A stretch of 62,101 bases of DNA, counting the filler, from Choristocarpus tenellus KU-1152 (taxonomy: Eukaryota; Protista; Phaeophyceae), in the NCBI GenBank assembly GCA_964200185.2. It is 14 parts of 14 records of this genome, joined end to end, with 100 filler letters (N's around TTAATTAATTAA, not from the genome) between each part and the next. Parts side by side here need not be neighbours in the genome. Positions count along the whole stretch, not along the records: positions 9,368 to 14,366 come from CAXNAD020012228.1; positions 14,467 to 17,382 come from CAXNAD020023677.1; positions 17,483 to 22,582 come from CAXNAD020011877.1; positions 22,683 to 25,806 come from CAXNAD020022150.1; 10 more parts are not named here. The stretch is one strand, 5' to 3'. The translations under genes and the position numbers were made by a program. The notes below the pieces were generated by a model. The model worked only from the letters and a program-made list of their open reading frames with translations, made no database searches and was not told the origin of the DNA. Positions 10,808 to 23,554 of this stretch are shown here, in pieces. Numbering within the stretch: the stretch's first letter is position 1; each line of letters opens with the position of its first letter.

Positions 10808-13650
10808 CTTCTCCCTGCGAATACGGGACTAGTAAGGTGAGCTACTTGGATATCACCAATCTGCACCATACCTACGATATCTTATTGTGGGCGGAGTCTG
10901 TCGAAGCAGGGTAGAGGTATGTTGGTCAAGGAATCACAACAGACTACCGATCGAGGCAACACTGGCAGCCTTTTCGTTCGATGAAAATACCTCATCTTTA
11001 TGCAGAGATATCACTGTTCACTCGAAATCCTGGGGAATTGTTGGCTGCACTACAAAGGGGGTGGTGGTTAGTGCGTGGTATCTATGATGTTAGTACGATA
11101 AACTATCCAACGAGGCTGTAAGAATTTCTCACAATTGCTGTTTAGACTTCCACCCAAGGCGCGAAGAAGCAAATTTCCAGCACGATGGCGTTGAGAATCG
11201 CATACTCGAGAGAGAAAGAGAGCGACCCCCATCTCAAACAGGGGGTATACGCAACAGAAGTGTGAGCACAGAGTGAGGGATAGTAGGTGCAGGTATAGCA
11301 GTACTAGGAAAGTAAGTTGAAGAACACGAAAGTTTTTGTAAGTAAATATACAATATTTGATTTTTTCGTATTAGATCCAGTTCTCAAAACACCATTCCCG
11401 TGCGCAGCGCGCGCATAGAGGGTGAGGATGTGTGGAACTATGAGCTTCATACAGAAAAAAAAGACTGATTGATAAGTCATGGACGAGAAAGATGAGTCAC
11501 TCCCCCCATGTTCGTCATTTATTAGTGACGTCGAAATATTACATTATTTTCATACATTGCCTATCCTCCTAACAATTGCAGTCCAAATAGCAAATAAATA
11601 CTAGTAGTAGTAGTAGTAGTAGTGTCAGGGACATGGCCCTTTGTTGGGATCTCCCACCACTCAAGATAATCGTGGTTGTAGAACAAAACAACATTGCCCT
11701 GTCAAGCAACCGCGTGCCAATCAGAATGGCACAGTCTGACACATTATTATTGGAAATTTCGTCTACTACATACTCAAGAGTACATCGTATCTTCCATATG
11801 TGGGTACGTATCAAGAACTTTTTCTTCTTGTCGCGAAATGTGTTGCGATAATGCCTCCTCTCTCTACAATATCGCAATGATGAAAGAATAAATATTATGT
11901 GTGACCTACACAAGAAGCCTGAAAAGCGCCACCTCCAAATGCATTTCTTCCTCAGACACATACCGTAAGCACTTTTACTCTTTCATTATTTGTCAGGCAG
12001 TAGTATCGTAGTCCTGAGCACCTTTCCTGTATGCCGCATTTTTTTCATGTGTAAATAATATTAGCCTCACAATTATTGTAGAGGCTTGGATCTTCACATT
12101 ATTTAGGGATTTTCAAGGTCCATGATGGGCACTATTGGAATCTCTTCTGATATGGGGCCACCCATACCTGGGAGTGCAGGACTATCCTTTCCCCACTTGG
12201 AACTGTCTTATCTATACGGAGGTTCTGTTTTTATGAACTGTGAGCATGAGGAAGGACATACCAGAAATCAGAAGGACAACACATATTTTGAAGTATAATG
12301 ATCTATATATTTCTTGGGATGGGTGTCTGTCACTGGTGTAGGAGGAAACCGTGGATATTGACTTCACCCATCACAACCACAACTATTCTTTTTTTTTTCC
12401 TAATTCTGACATGCCCTTCCTCCTGTTCACTACCCACACAACAGAAAATCGTCGCTAAGAAGATGGCACTGTTACTACCAAATCATTCATACCACAGACT
12501 AAACCTTCCTTATGGTCCTGGTACAGGTATTAATCATGTTCCAACCATCTGTTCCTGATTTCTATCAGGAACCACTGCAAAGACTTCCGTAGGTCTATTC
12601 ATTCCAAGAAGAACAACAGAAGCACTGAAAGAGCAATAATTCTTTTTCTACTATTGAATGAGAAACAACCCCCCCCCCAGCCCCCCCACCTTTTTCTTCC
12701 TAAGGTAGATAAATCGTTTGTTGGACACCACGCTGTGCTTTGTATCACCACTATCATGTGCTCTTTGAAACACCATGACACCAGTATCATTGTGATAAAA
12801 AAATATATGTACGATTATTCAGTTCTCTTGCCAGCAGGTGCTTGCATGTGGTCATTGTGCGAGACACACTGTAGCGCAAACTACACAGCAATAATAATAA
12901 TAATAATATTAAAACCAACGACAAAATTTCAAAAAACGAGATGCATTTTGTGAAAAACGAAAAAAAAGGAGTGAGTAGACCAGTGATGGATAGACCAACA
13001 GACACGTTTTGAATCTTTTGAGGTCCAAAAAACCACACCATTCAATTTTTCCAGAAACTTGCCCAACAAAATAGGTAACTAGTAATAGAGCATAGAAATA
13101 TCACAACGTGCTACAAATACTGCACTATCAACACAGTACACTTAAAACGAAATAGTGGAAAAGATAAAAAAAGTAGACTCTCAAGTGGGAGACTGTACAC
13201 AAACACAACACAAAGATTATCCGCCATGCATGAATGTATATTCTAGACACAATAGTACCTCAGTGATTTACACCCACCCACTATCCCGCAGATGTACAGT
13301 AGGCTGGGACACATAGCTTATGAAACTTTAAATGTGTATGTATGTTTGTATTTTTCTATTTTTTCCCTGAAGAACGAATCAAACAGCTACACTTCTCCCT
13401 TTTAAACCTATGGCAGGATTACTGGTCTATTTCGAAACACCAAAAATACAAAAATAAAAACAAAAGGTTTACTATAGATACGGTGGTACTACCTAACGTA
13501 GCGACCTGGGAGACCCAATTAACAAACGAGAAAGAGAGAATACTTCGCCACTTAGGTAATAATAACCCCTCAGCTAACGACTGCTGTTCAATCTGTGCAT
13601 CCAATAGCATATACTTTGCTGTCCTCAGAAGACATACGCACAAAACAGGG

Positions 13651-14154
13651 CTATGCATGAACAGCCCAGTAGTCCATGGTATCCAGCGCCACCTCACAGC
13701 TCTCCTTGACTGCTATTTCCTCATCTTGCAGAAAATCCTTGAGTAAACGTTCTGCCTCACTGCCACCTATTCCACCGAGGGCCTCTGCTGCCTGCACCCA
13801 AACCAAGAAGACAAAGACATATGTAAACAGAAACACGATAAGATAAGAGGATACTTACCAGGGTAAATACGGAGCATATAGTATCGGCCCAAGAGCGCTA
13901 CAGAGCTGTAAGTCAGAAGCAGTAGGAAACACACCAACGTTAGCAAATCAACACACAAGAAGACAACTAAACAACGTTGGCAACAGACAGAACTCAAAAA
14001 GATCGACTCAGCAAGAGGAAGGCAAGAAGGGAAAACTACTTGTCAGGCTTCTCACCTCATGACGAACCATGGAGTGCTCTTCCGTGTCCGCCAGAACAAG
14101 CCCCAGCGCAGGCACCGTTGCCGGGTGTTGCATTTGTCCGAGGACGTAAGCCAC
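13651..14154 (-). CDS. DOHH: Deoxyhypusine hydroxylase, last two exons 14154-14056 and 13791-13651 (5'-partial)
   Basis: VAYVLGQMQHP...EHSMVRHE|AAEALGGIG...VKESCEVALD: HEAT repeats with the His-Glu iron-binding motif; GT-AG intron in phase 0. Confidence 0.92.
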
Positions 14155-17100
14155 CTGAGAAAAGAGGTGGGAGATGGCATCAATAATAATAAAAAAAAGA
14201 GTCTGAAATGTAACGTAATGGGATTTGATCCTCCTACTCAGCAAGGCTCAGGAGGTGCAGGAAGTAGGAGATTGTTCGCTCCTTGACTCAAGGTTGAAGT
14301 CAAGTACAACCCATCAACAGGTCTTCGCTGGTCGAACCACACACGAGAGGGGGCTCGTATATTTTTNNNNNNNNNNNNNNNNNNNNNNNNNNNNNNNNNN
14401 NNNNNNNNNNTTAATTAATTAANNNNNNNNNNNNNNNNNNNNNNNNNNNNNNNNNNNNNNNNNNNNGTGAAAAACGGACGCCGACCCCACCCCCTCCACC
14501 CCCAAGATACTTCAACCCACCACATGTGTGAGACATTTAACAGAGAGCTCTCCCGAAGGGTTTTCAGGAGAACTGATATATATATATATATATATATATA
14601 TGACAAAGTGCAAGGGCTGAAGCCAACTCTTTGACATCTTCATGGTGACAGGATCATGGCCCTGTGACCTGAAACCTGCAAGCTGAGATACATCGGTCTC
14701 CCTGCTCCCTGTATAAACACCCCTGACAAGGTCAAGGGGAAAATGGGGCAGTAGGACTTGAGATCTCACTTTCAAAGCAGCGCTAGGAGGGCAACACTAG
14801 CAGCTTGTGGATGTGTGGCGGGTACTGAGTCTGAGGGAGTTTGTAGCTGGGTCCACCTGAACCTTAAGCCTGTACAGAGATTCGACCTTAGCATTAGAGA
14901 ATCCCATGATGTCCACTTTCCGCCAGGGCTGTATGGTCCTGAGTCATATGAGGATTCAGACGATAAGAAGGCCAAGGAGAAGTTCCTGAGCAAGGCGCGG
15001 CGTGTAGAGAAGCCAAGTTCATTTTGGTTGCAAGCTTTTTCTGTGAAGTGTCCACTTAGATATTTATTTTGACTGTCTCTATTGTAAGTGCAGAGTACTT
15101 CACTATTCAAATACTTCGTAGAAATGTGTACAGACAATCAAACAGCAGGGAAGAAACACAGAGCTGAACCAATCAATGCCTTAGCATTATAAACATCAAA
15201 CGGACATTTCTCTCACTACTGTGTCGAGCACTATTGCTTACAGTCCAAGCTACAAGTAGTGGACAGGATGGCAAGTAACTACTCTGTAGGATGTATTGGC
15301 CATTGTCGTTTTTCCGCTCTTCACAGTCCCTGTCAGTAGCAAATGCTGAGGATGAAGGGTTGGGAGCGCTTTTAACACAAGCCTTGACGTGTTGGATAAT
15401 CTACATGGGTAGAAGTTGTAAGTTTCACTAGCATAAACAGGGCATTAATTCGGAAGATTTGACCTTCATAAGGACTTCCAAGCGTAGCAGTGAGAGTGGA
15501 GTACAATAGTACTTGTGTGCTCTGAATGAATCTAACCCTAACCCTAATAGTGCACCCTTGCCTTGCATGTCAGGCAGTTAGTCCTTGCTCGACTAATGAT
15601 GATGATGTATGTCTGCATACATACAAAGTTAAGGCTAAACAGCTGTAGGTGCACCTTTCCTCACAAATGCATCACCAATTTCTAAAAACGCACTTTTGTT
15701 GACGTTGTACACCCCAACACCTGTCCAGCTCCCCGATCCCCAGGATTTTTCCCTCAAGACCCCCATACACTCGTTTGCCCTGTGTTTGAGCCTCAATAGA
15801 GAACCATAGGTTCTACTACTCGGAAGACATCAACTGGTGAAGTAAACATCTTTCACTCTGAACTCGGATGGTGGAGTAATATTTACAACGTAGTCGTAGT
15901 AGCATCAAGCAACATCAATTAAAAAACATGCATTACATCATTACAATAGCAACACTTGAAGATACTAATTAGAAGACACGAAAAGCAAGTTAGAACCATC
16001 AGTGATACACACTACATCCATGCCAAACAAACTATGAGAGAGCAAATGCACTGAGGGACAGAAACCACCCCAACCCAGGCGCAGCCCCCATGGACCAAAA
16101 TATCACCATCAGCAAAAATGACATATATGCCACTGAGAACACATGGAAAACACATGCACAGTAAATCAACTATCATCACTCATCACTCATCACCCAGTCA
16201 CAAAACATCACCACCAAACCCCACATTCAATCTTTCTCTTCACTCCCCTACATCTCAACGTAGAACACTCAACAGAGAGCAACGACTTGTGCACTCAAAA
16301 ATAAAAAAACACAACAGACACACTGAACGAGATGACCAGAAACCACCGCATGGCAGGGACAAATATTTGATGTTTGACTCTATCTGCACAATCCTGTGTA
16401 CCCCCAGCAGCCAGCCCCCTAAAACAATGGAAAATCCAAGATAACGCACACCAAATGCCATGCAAGAGAGGAAGGGGATTGATTGTTACACAAAAAAAAC
16501 ACACAGAACAGCATCACACCCCTCATTCAATCAATCATCCTCATTTGCTTCACCCTCTCCTCATCGCCCAAAAACTCAAAAGAAAAAAAAGAAAAGACAA
16601 CTGGCTCCAAGCTCGCAAATTTGCAACACCAACAACAAACCATGGCAACATCACACAACAAACTAATGCGCACAGAAATGTACCACAAAAAAAAACGCTC
16701 TCTCAAACAACTTCCTGCTCCTCCTTAGCCTCTCCTCTTCCCATCTCCCTCACACACTCAGCCAGATCGTCAGGATGACAACAAAACCAGGAACAATTAA
16801 TTTTCAACTACTGACAGATCCCAAAAAACGCCTGATCGCTTGTCTTGTGAGTCGGTCTACTTGACCTCTAGCACACACAGCACAAAGCTCAAGAATCAAC
16901 TCCATAATCTCTCCTTCAGTCCACCGCAGCGAAACAATAGGAACTAACACAGAAAAAAAATGCCTAGCAAGGACTATGCAAAACACACCGCTGCACTCAG
17001 CTTCTTTCATTGCGTCATCCTCACACTTAATACCCCCCCACCCCACCCAACCTCCTCATGAAGGCAGGTCTGTACCACAACGTACCCAGCAATTAACCCC

Positions 17101-17280
17101 TTCAAACACCACAAGTAAAATGTACATATCTACGGTGGCGGCAACATAGGCAGGCGTCAACAATCAGAACAACCAATGGAATCAACACAACAACAATTTG
17201 TCTTCCCCCTTCATCATGTCGCCCATCATGAGTGAAACTGTCAAACGGACACAAACACAAACACAAGCAAGCACCAGAGG

Positions 17281-17311
<31 letters not shown>

Positions 17312-17318
17312 AAAAAAG

Positions 17319-17349
<31 letters not shown>

Positions 17350-17482
17350 AAAACCTTCCCCCCCCCCCCCCCCCCAGAAAAANNNNNNNNNNNNNNNNNN
17401 NNNNNNNNNNNNNNNNNNNNNNNNNNTTAATTAATTAANNNNNNNNNNNNNNNNNNNNNNNNNNNNNNNNNNNNNNNNNNNN

Positions 17483-18650
17483 GTTTAGGTGGGAAAAAAG
17501 TCTCCCCATCCTTCCTTCCTGTGTGTTCACGCACCCACTCTTTGATCTCGGCAACGATATCCTCGTCGAGGTCCTCCAGGACGAAACGCCTCTCATAGCG
17601 CCCTTGCTCCGACACCTTCATGTGGACCTTAGCTAGGAAGTCTCTCTCCCATTTGCTCATAGTTTCCCACCTGACCATCGCATATCCTGCTGCCATCTTG
17701 AGCGCCGTTTGATGGTCTTTCCTGTCGTTCATACACACGTACAGGATTCGCATTGTTAGGGCCTTAACTATGACATTTCCTTGTTGAGTGCCGAAAATGG
17801 GCGTTGTCCGTGTTTCCTGGATGGGTGATATTTCTTTTCATCGAGGTGCAAGGGCGAGGGAGGACAGGCTTAAGTTGATCGAAAATTGTGTTGATTTCTC
17901 AAATGAATGCAGGCTGGGAGAAAGCCTTAATCAACTTTATACGTCCAATCCCAAGTCCAGGAACAAAAGTGAATGTACGGCATCTTGCAAGAAGTGGGAG
18001 ACACCAAACTATCAGTGTGCAAATAGTGTCAATCTCACCTCCTCTTCTTCCCTGGCATCCTCATTGATGGCTACTTCCACCTGCTTCGCGACCTCTTCTA
18101 AGTAGAGGATTTGGTGGTATCGAAAAGTCTCCGCAGCTGCCTTTGTTACGATCACTTTCTACTCCGACTTGCAAGCCCTTTCAACCTTCTTTCGGGCTTC
18201 AGAGCCCTTGTAGCCCAACCCCCCTAACACCTTATTTTTCGTTTCCTTAAGCCACTCTGGTTCACGTACCTTCCAAACAGCCGGACCTGCTGCAACTGTC
18301 GACTACTAAGATGTTCTACATCTGGGTTTTTGCCTAGGCGTTTCCTGAGCGCAATGGCATGCAGTCGTACTGTTCTCTTCCTCAACCTTCCATTCGGGCG
18401 GCCACCCCAGTTCTCCCTTCGCCCGCCGTGACCAGACTTCCCCACAGACTTGGTCACTGTACCACCTGGAGATGTACTCGCCGCTCTCTTCCTGCTTTCC
18501 CGAGCCAGCAGCGACTGCAGAGCAGTGCTCCCCATCGGTTGAAGATCCAACGACGTTTGTGTGGTAATACTTTCCATGCATCTTTTCTCAGCGTCAGCGT
18601 CGCGGCTCCGTGATCCATTTCGCGATTTGATCATGCTGCTGCGCCACACT
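17483..18650 (-). mobile_element. Degraded putative DNA-transposon ORF (HTH-like N-terminal region of an IS630/Tc1/mariner-like DDE transposase)
   Basis: Stops and frameshifts; ALKMAAGYAMVRWETMSKWERDF...SEQGRYERRFVL..DEDIVAEIKEWVREH. A second, internally deleted copy lies at 55102-55550. The catalytic domain is not visible. Confidence 0.45.
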
Positions 18651-19720
18651 ACTCACACTTTCTCGCCACCTAACATCGCACTGAGTGTCACACGGCACTT
18701 GCTTTTCCGTCTTCTCTCGACATAGAAGGTGCGGAAAAAAGAACCAGGGGGCAGAGTGGCCTTGGTAGCTCTCCTTGTCTCACCGTCGTGGTTCATGTTG
18801 CTCTGTAAATCACGCTTGTGCGTGCCCACAGAAAGTCTCCAAAAAGGTGTTAAAAAAGATGTCCCGATAAAAATATGTCCGAAAATCTTGTGGTTCTGGT
18901 CTGCTTTTTTTTCGGCACAGCCCTATCGACCAAACTTGGGTAGTAACCCACCCCGGACCAGTTTTCTGTAAGGAGTTCAACCAGCCACTTCATTTTAACC
19001 CGTTTTGAAGTCGTGACCTTCAAAACTGCCCAGAGATATTTCCCCACGTTTTTTTTTCATTATTTCATCGGGACATAGCTCCCGTTCCCCGAAGCATGTG
19101 TATTCGTGGATGCAAACCTTCAAAGCTCTTGTCATACTTTTTCATTTGATATGTATATTGTTGTATATCTGTTGGGGCCACACAGGGAAAACAAGCAGAA
19201 AAGTCGCAAAGGTCGAAGCTACTGGTACCACCTTGACAACAGAAAGTTCATGAAGTAATATGAGTTTTGCGGGTGGAAGAAGTCTGGTTGGCTGGGGGCA
19301 CATGGAAAGGGAAGGGACAGAAGGAAGGATAAGAATGAGCGAGAAGAGAACGTGTAGTCAAGTACTGAGTGGCAGGGAGAGGGAGGAGAGAAGTTAAAGA
19401 AATGAGTATAGGAGGAGACACAAGGGGAGAAGGAGCGGTCAATATTGAAAAGATTGCTGAGGGCTAAGGGTTCAAAACGAGGAGGGCGAGAACAAGACAA
19501 CCTCTGAGCAAGCTTTCCCACCCACCCACCCTGTCGCTTGCTCATGACCGATAGGGATGTGGGGAGGGAGGGGAGGTCAAGTGTGGGCGGGGTAGATGTC
19601 TTCTAGGACAAAGGCACGGTATGAAGTGGATGATAGAGGGGTGTTCTTGGATGATTGCTAATTGTAACTGGTGTTAGGTTGAGTGGAGTGGTAACTTGTG
19701 TGGGGTTGAAGGGTGGGCGA

Positions 19721-20000
19721 GGTGACTGGAAATCAGTGACAAAGGGGGTTCACACTGGTTGGTCATCAGATGCGAGGGGTGAGTGGAAGTCAGTGATGAA
19801 GGGGGTTCACACTGGTTGGTCATCAGATGCGAGGGGTAACTGGAAACCAGTGGTGAAGGGAGTTCGCCCTGCTTGGTCATCAGAGGTGGGCGTTGGCTGG
19901 AAATAAGTAGTGAAAGGGGTTCGCATTGGCTGGCCAGCGTAAAGGGGGGGAGGACGGCAAAGCAGTGGCGAAGAGGTCGCACTGGGTCATAAGTGGAGGT
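19721..20000. repeat. 57-bp tandem repeat, about 5 progressively diverged copies, inside an unclassified repeat (19219-19320 resembles 9125-9190)
   Basis: Unit GGTGACTGGAAATCAGTGACAAAGGGGGTTCACACTGGTTGGTCATCAGATGCGAGG; gives a 19-aa periodicity in the ORF track. Confidence 0.85.
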
Positions 20001-20824
20001 ACAATGGGGAGGAAAAGGGGAATGGTTGGATTGCAAACAGATAATTAAAATAATAATAATCCAGAATTTGTGAGTAAAACAAAACATTGATTGATAGACA
20101 TAGTAAATGCCTTACACATATTACTATGAAGAAAGGTAAATTGCAAAAAGGTTAAATCAGATCCAGAGGAGGTAATAGGAGAATGATAGATATTGGAGAA
20201 GAAAATATCTACAAAATACGAAAAGTATACCAACTAAAAATAAAAACATGCAGTTGTTGTGCATCTTTCATGCCAGAAGCGCTTATGGTCCTACCAAATC
20301 TATCGACCTGGGTCTCAAAAATAGTGACAGGGTTGAAGGGTTCTGGAAGGGAGAGGATGGATGGTGAGCGGGACAACCAGCAGGAACAATAGGAAACTTC
20401 CTTGGTTGCTGGGGAGAGTGACGTTTTTGGTGTTGTTACTAAAAGTAGGGAGAGGGGTAGTTGTTGAAGGGAATGGGATCTGTGCCTTCTGAAGTGTCGT
20501 AACAATAGATCTATATAATAATAACTGGTTTGCTGCTGTGTGTAGAGAGACAACTGATCGCTTCCTTCAAAGTGCGTATCATTCAGCCTTGAGGGGGGAG
20601 TGACCTCTATGCATAGTCGTCTGGAGAGGTGAAATCAGCTGACCCCTGTATCCCATTCCCATTGTACCACCAGCCTATACACTCAGAGTTGGAAATATTT
20701 ATCACAGTCTCGTTATTCTCTTACTGTGGCTGTTGCATGGACACCCTCCTCTACTAGCTGTTTCCTGCTCGCAGTGATACGCAGAAATATGCAACAGACT
20801 TGGAAGTCCCTTCAGCTGTGAGAA

Positions 20825-21100
20825 GACCCAAAGTATCTGGGGGTGGGGGGGGGGGCTTACCCCAGGGGTCCCTTCCGGTTAAGGCCCAGGAAAATGCAAT
20901 TTCATTTATCCTTCCNNNNNNNNNNCAAAGTACCTGGGGGTGGGGGGGGGTCTACACCAGGGTGTCCATTCGGGTCATGACCAGGAAAAGTGCACTTACA
21001 TTATCCATCCGACGTATGCACCCAAATCACACAAAAATCGCGGCATAAAAAAATTGCCACCAAATGGACAGCCGCCACCCCCCCCCAGATACATTGAGCC
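20825..21100. mobile_element. MITE family A copy; spans a small gap
   Basis: GACCCAAAGTATCTGG...CAGATACATTGAGCC; flanks AGAA / AGGA. Confidence 0.8.
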
Positions 21101-22099
21101 AGGATCTGTTCCAGATGAATACCTTTTAGGCATCGTGTAGGATGAGGGTCATGATGAGGAGGGTAAGGAAGGAGGAGATTCTTAATAGGGTAGCGTAAGT
21201 GCGACAGAGTATTGCACGTCACAAAGAAATGGAGTGCGACGGGGGGTTCTTGCTTGGTTTGATGCTGAAGTATCAGCCGTTTCAATGCAAAACCACGCAC
21301 TGCATTATTTTTTTAATAGGATTTGTAATAAGAGAGAGCTATACCCACCCATTTTGACATGGTCTGACTTCGTTGTATAATACCCAAGAGCTGAAGCAAT
21401 AAACAAGAAGAAATAGAGGAGCATTACATTAGTCTCTGGATTGGTAATAGTTTATTATTTTGTTATTCAGTAGAGATGACAAACCCACATCCGTGTGGTC
21501 TACCCATTTCGATTTTCTTTTTACTTTTTGAACCAACTTCTAATCTTATCAACACTGTTTGTTGTGTAAGTAAGTGCTGTTGGGAGCCCATACCGTATTT
21601 AGAATGCTGCTTCCCTGCTGGGGAACATCTGCACACACACACACACATTTACATACACATCTTGGAAAATGAACCCTCAACTCTAGCAATACTTTTAAAC
21701 GCTTGGACTACATAACGTCAGTTGTCGATGACAATGTTTGGGCTACTAAGCCCAATCATGTCCGTTATAAGGACATCGTTCGGGACAGTTGTTATAGAAC
21801 AACGTTTGATTCCGTTCGTTCAACTATTATTGGGTGAAAAGACCTACTACCGACATCCATATTAGTGCGCTTTCACAAAATAGTTTGATCCTATTCTAGA
21901 GTAGAGAAAACGACACTAAAATGGAAGAAATTTTTCAGAAGGAATAGTAGATGGTAGTAATATTGGGAGAAGGGAAATATATACGTCTGTCTTTATACGT
22001 ACCCGAAACGCCTGTTGTCCAGGAAACACCTGGACCCGTTTGCTCGGTAACATTCGTTGCAAAGACAACTCTTTGGGAAACATTGCTGACCCAAACTAT

Positions 22100-22218
22100 C
22101 AGGGGTGTCCATTTGGGCCATTACCAGGAAAAGTGCACTTGCATTATCCATCCAAAGTATGCAACCAAATCATACAAAAATAGAGACATGAAAAAATTGA
22201 CCCTAAATACTTTGAGCC
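22100..22218. mobile_element. MITE family A, truncated copy
   Basis: GGGTGTCCATTTGGGCC...GCAACCAAATCA...ATACTTTGAGCC matches the other copies. Confidence 0.7.
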
Positions 22219-22465
22219 TGCTCCATAATGAATGTTCGTTGCCCTAGATAGTGCTCGGGGCCATTTACTCAATGACAATTCTGTTTTCCAGACAATACTT
22301 TGTTGTTTTAGATATCACTAAGACGTTATGTTGTTATTGGAGTCCGACGTTTTCCAAGGTATCCGCATCTCCACACCAGACGCATCTTTGGAGCGCTTTT
22401 GGTAAATATTATATACTCAGAGTACTTCATAATACTATGTGATATCACAATGATGGAAGTGATAC

Positions 22466-22542
22466 TGTTACAGCGTGCCCCTGAACTCACCTCCACAGGA
22501 TGTGTAACTCAAATCCAACGACCTTAAAACGACGCTATGGGG
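22466..22542. repeat. Second copy of the LTR-like end seen at 258-335
   Basis: TGTTACAGCGTGCCCCTGAACTCACCTCCACAGGATGTGTAACTCAAATCCAACGACCTTAAAACGACGCTA is nearly identical to 258-331. Confidence 0.85.
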
Positions 22543-23289
22543 ACGTTGCCCTTGGTAACAGTTTGTTGGGTGTCAGGCAGCCNNNNNNNNNNNNNNNNNN
22601 NNNNNNNNNNNNNNNNNNNNNNNNNNTTAATTAATTAANNNNNNNNNNNNNNNNNNNNNNNNNNNNNNNNNNNNNNNNNNNNGCCCTCTCTCCCCATCGT
22701 CAGCGAGCTTCCACTCACACAAAAAAAAAAGAATCGAAGAGGGGGCAGGTTAAATGAAAAAAAAAAGTTCGGACCTGGCTTAAGCCTCAAGCCACCCAAG
22801 CCACCAAGGGTAACAGAACGTACCTCACAACAGGCCACATGGGCCTAAGCAGCCCCGGCAATGCTGCCACCAGGGTCACGTACATCAACACCGACGAAAA
22901 TCCCCAGAACTCCACCGTGCTCATCCACCTCCCAGGTTCTGGTAAAAACCTGAAAAGAAAGAAGAAAAACCCACCCCTCATCGACCTCACGGAGGAGTTT
23001 GCCATTGCTGAGGCAAGAGTGACACCAGCAATGCCCTTGACAACATCGCCTGCCAAGGCAGACTTGCTTCCACTTGTCCACTTTTCACACTCGTCCAAGC
23101 CATTGTTGGTTTGTCCGTGGTAACCTGAGGAGGTGGAGGTACTGATCTCACACCTGCCATTACTTTTGCCACCGCCCTTGCCACAGTTGCAGTTGAATGC
23201 AATCAGGGCAATCAGGAGACCCAGGAGAGAGACCTGTCAACGAGGGGAGGGGAAGAGGGGGGGAGTCGCAAGATTGTGTTCAAGGTTTT

Positions 23290-23554
23290 GAGTGAAAGTA
23301 TCTTAGAGGGTACGAGATTTGCCCTGTTTGTCCATTTTGGGCTTGACTTCCCATGTGTGTTTTTTTGGCATTTTCCTACTCCAAAATATTTCGGAGTAGG
23401 TAAAATGTTCATGTTATGAAAAGGTGTGTCCGGAACGAGGATATATTGACAGTTCCTAACAAACACGATAGCCAAAATTACATCAAAATCGCAACATTGG
23501 ATTTTTGCCCCCAAATGGATGCACGCTGCTCTACCCTCTAAGATGCTTTAACTC
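23290..23554. mobile_element. MITE family B (TIR about GAGTGAAAGTATCTTAGAGGGTA), TSD TTTT
   Basis: GAGTGAAAGTATCTTAGAGGGTA ... TACCCTCTAAGATGCTTTAACTC with TTTT on both sides. Confidence 0.88.

Noticed and set aside
16804-17130. Possible small minus-strand exons (ICTFYLWCLKG..., EIMELILELCAVC...)
   Set aside because: Plausible splice signals but no recognisable family or consistent gene model.
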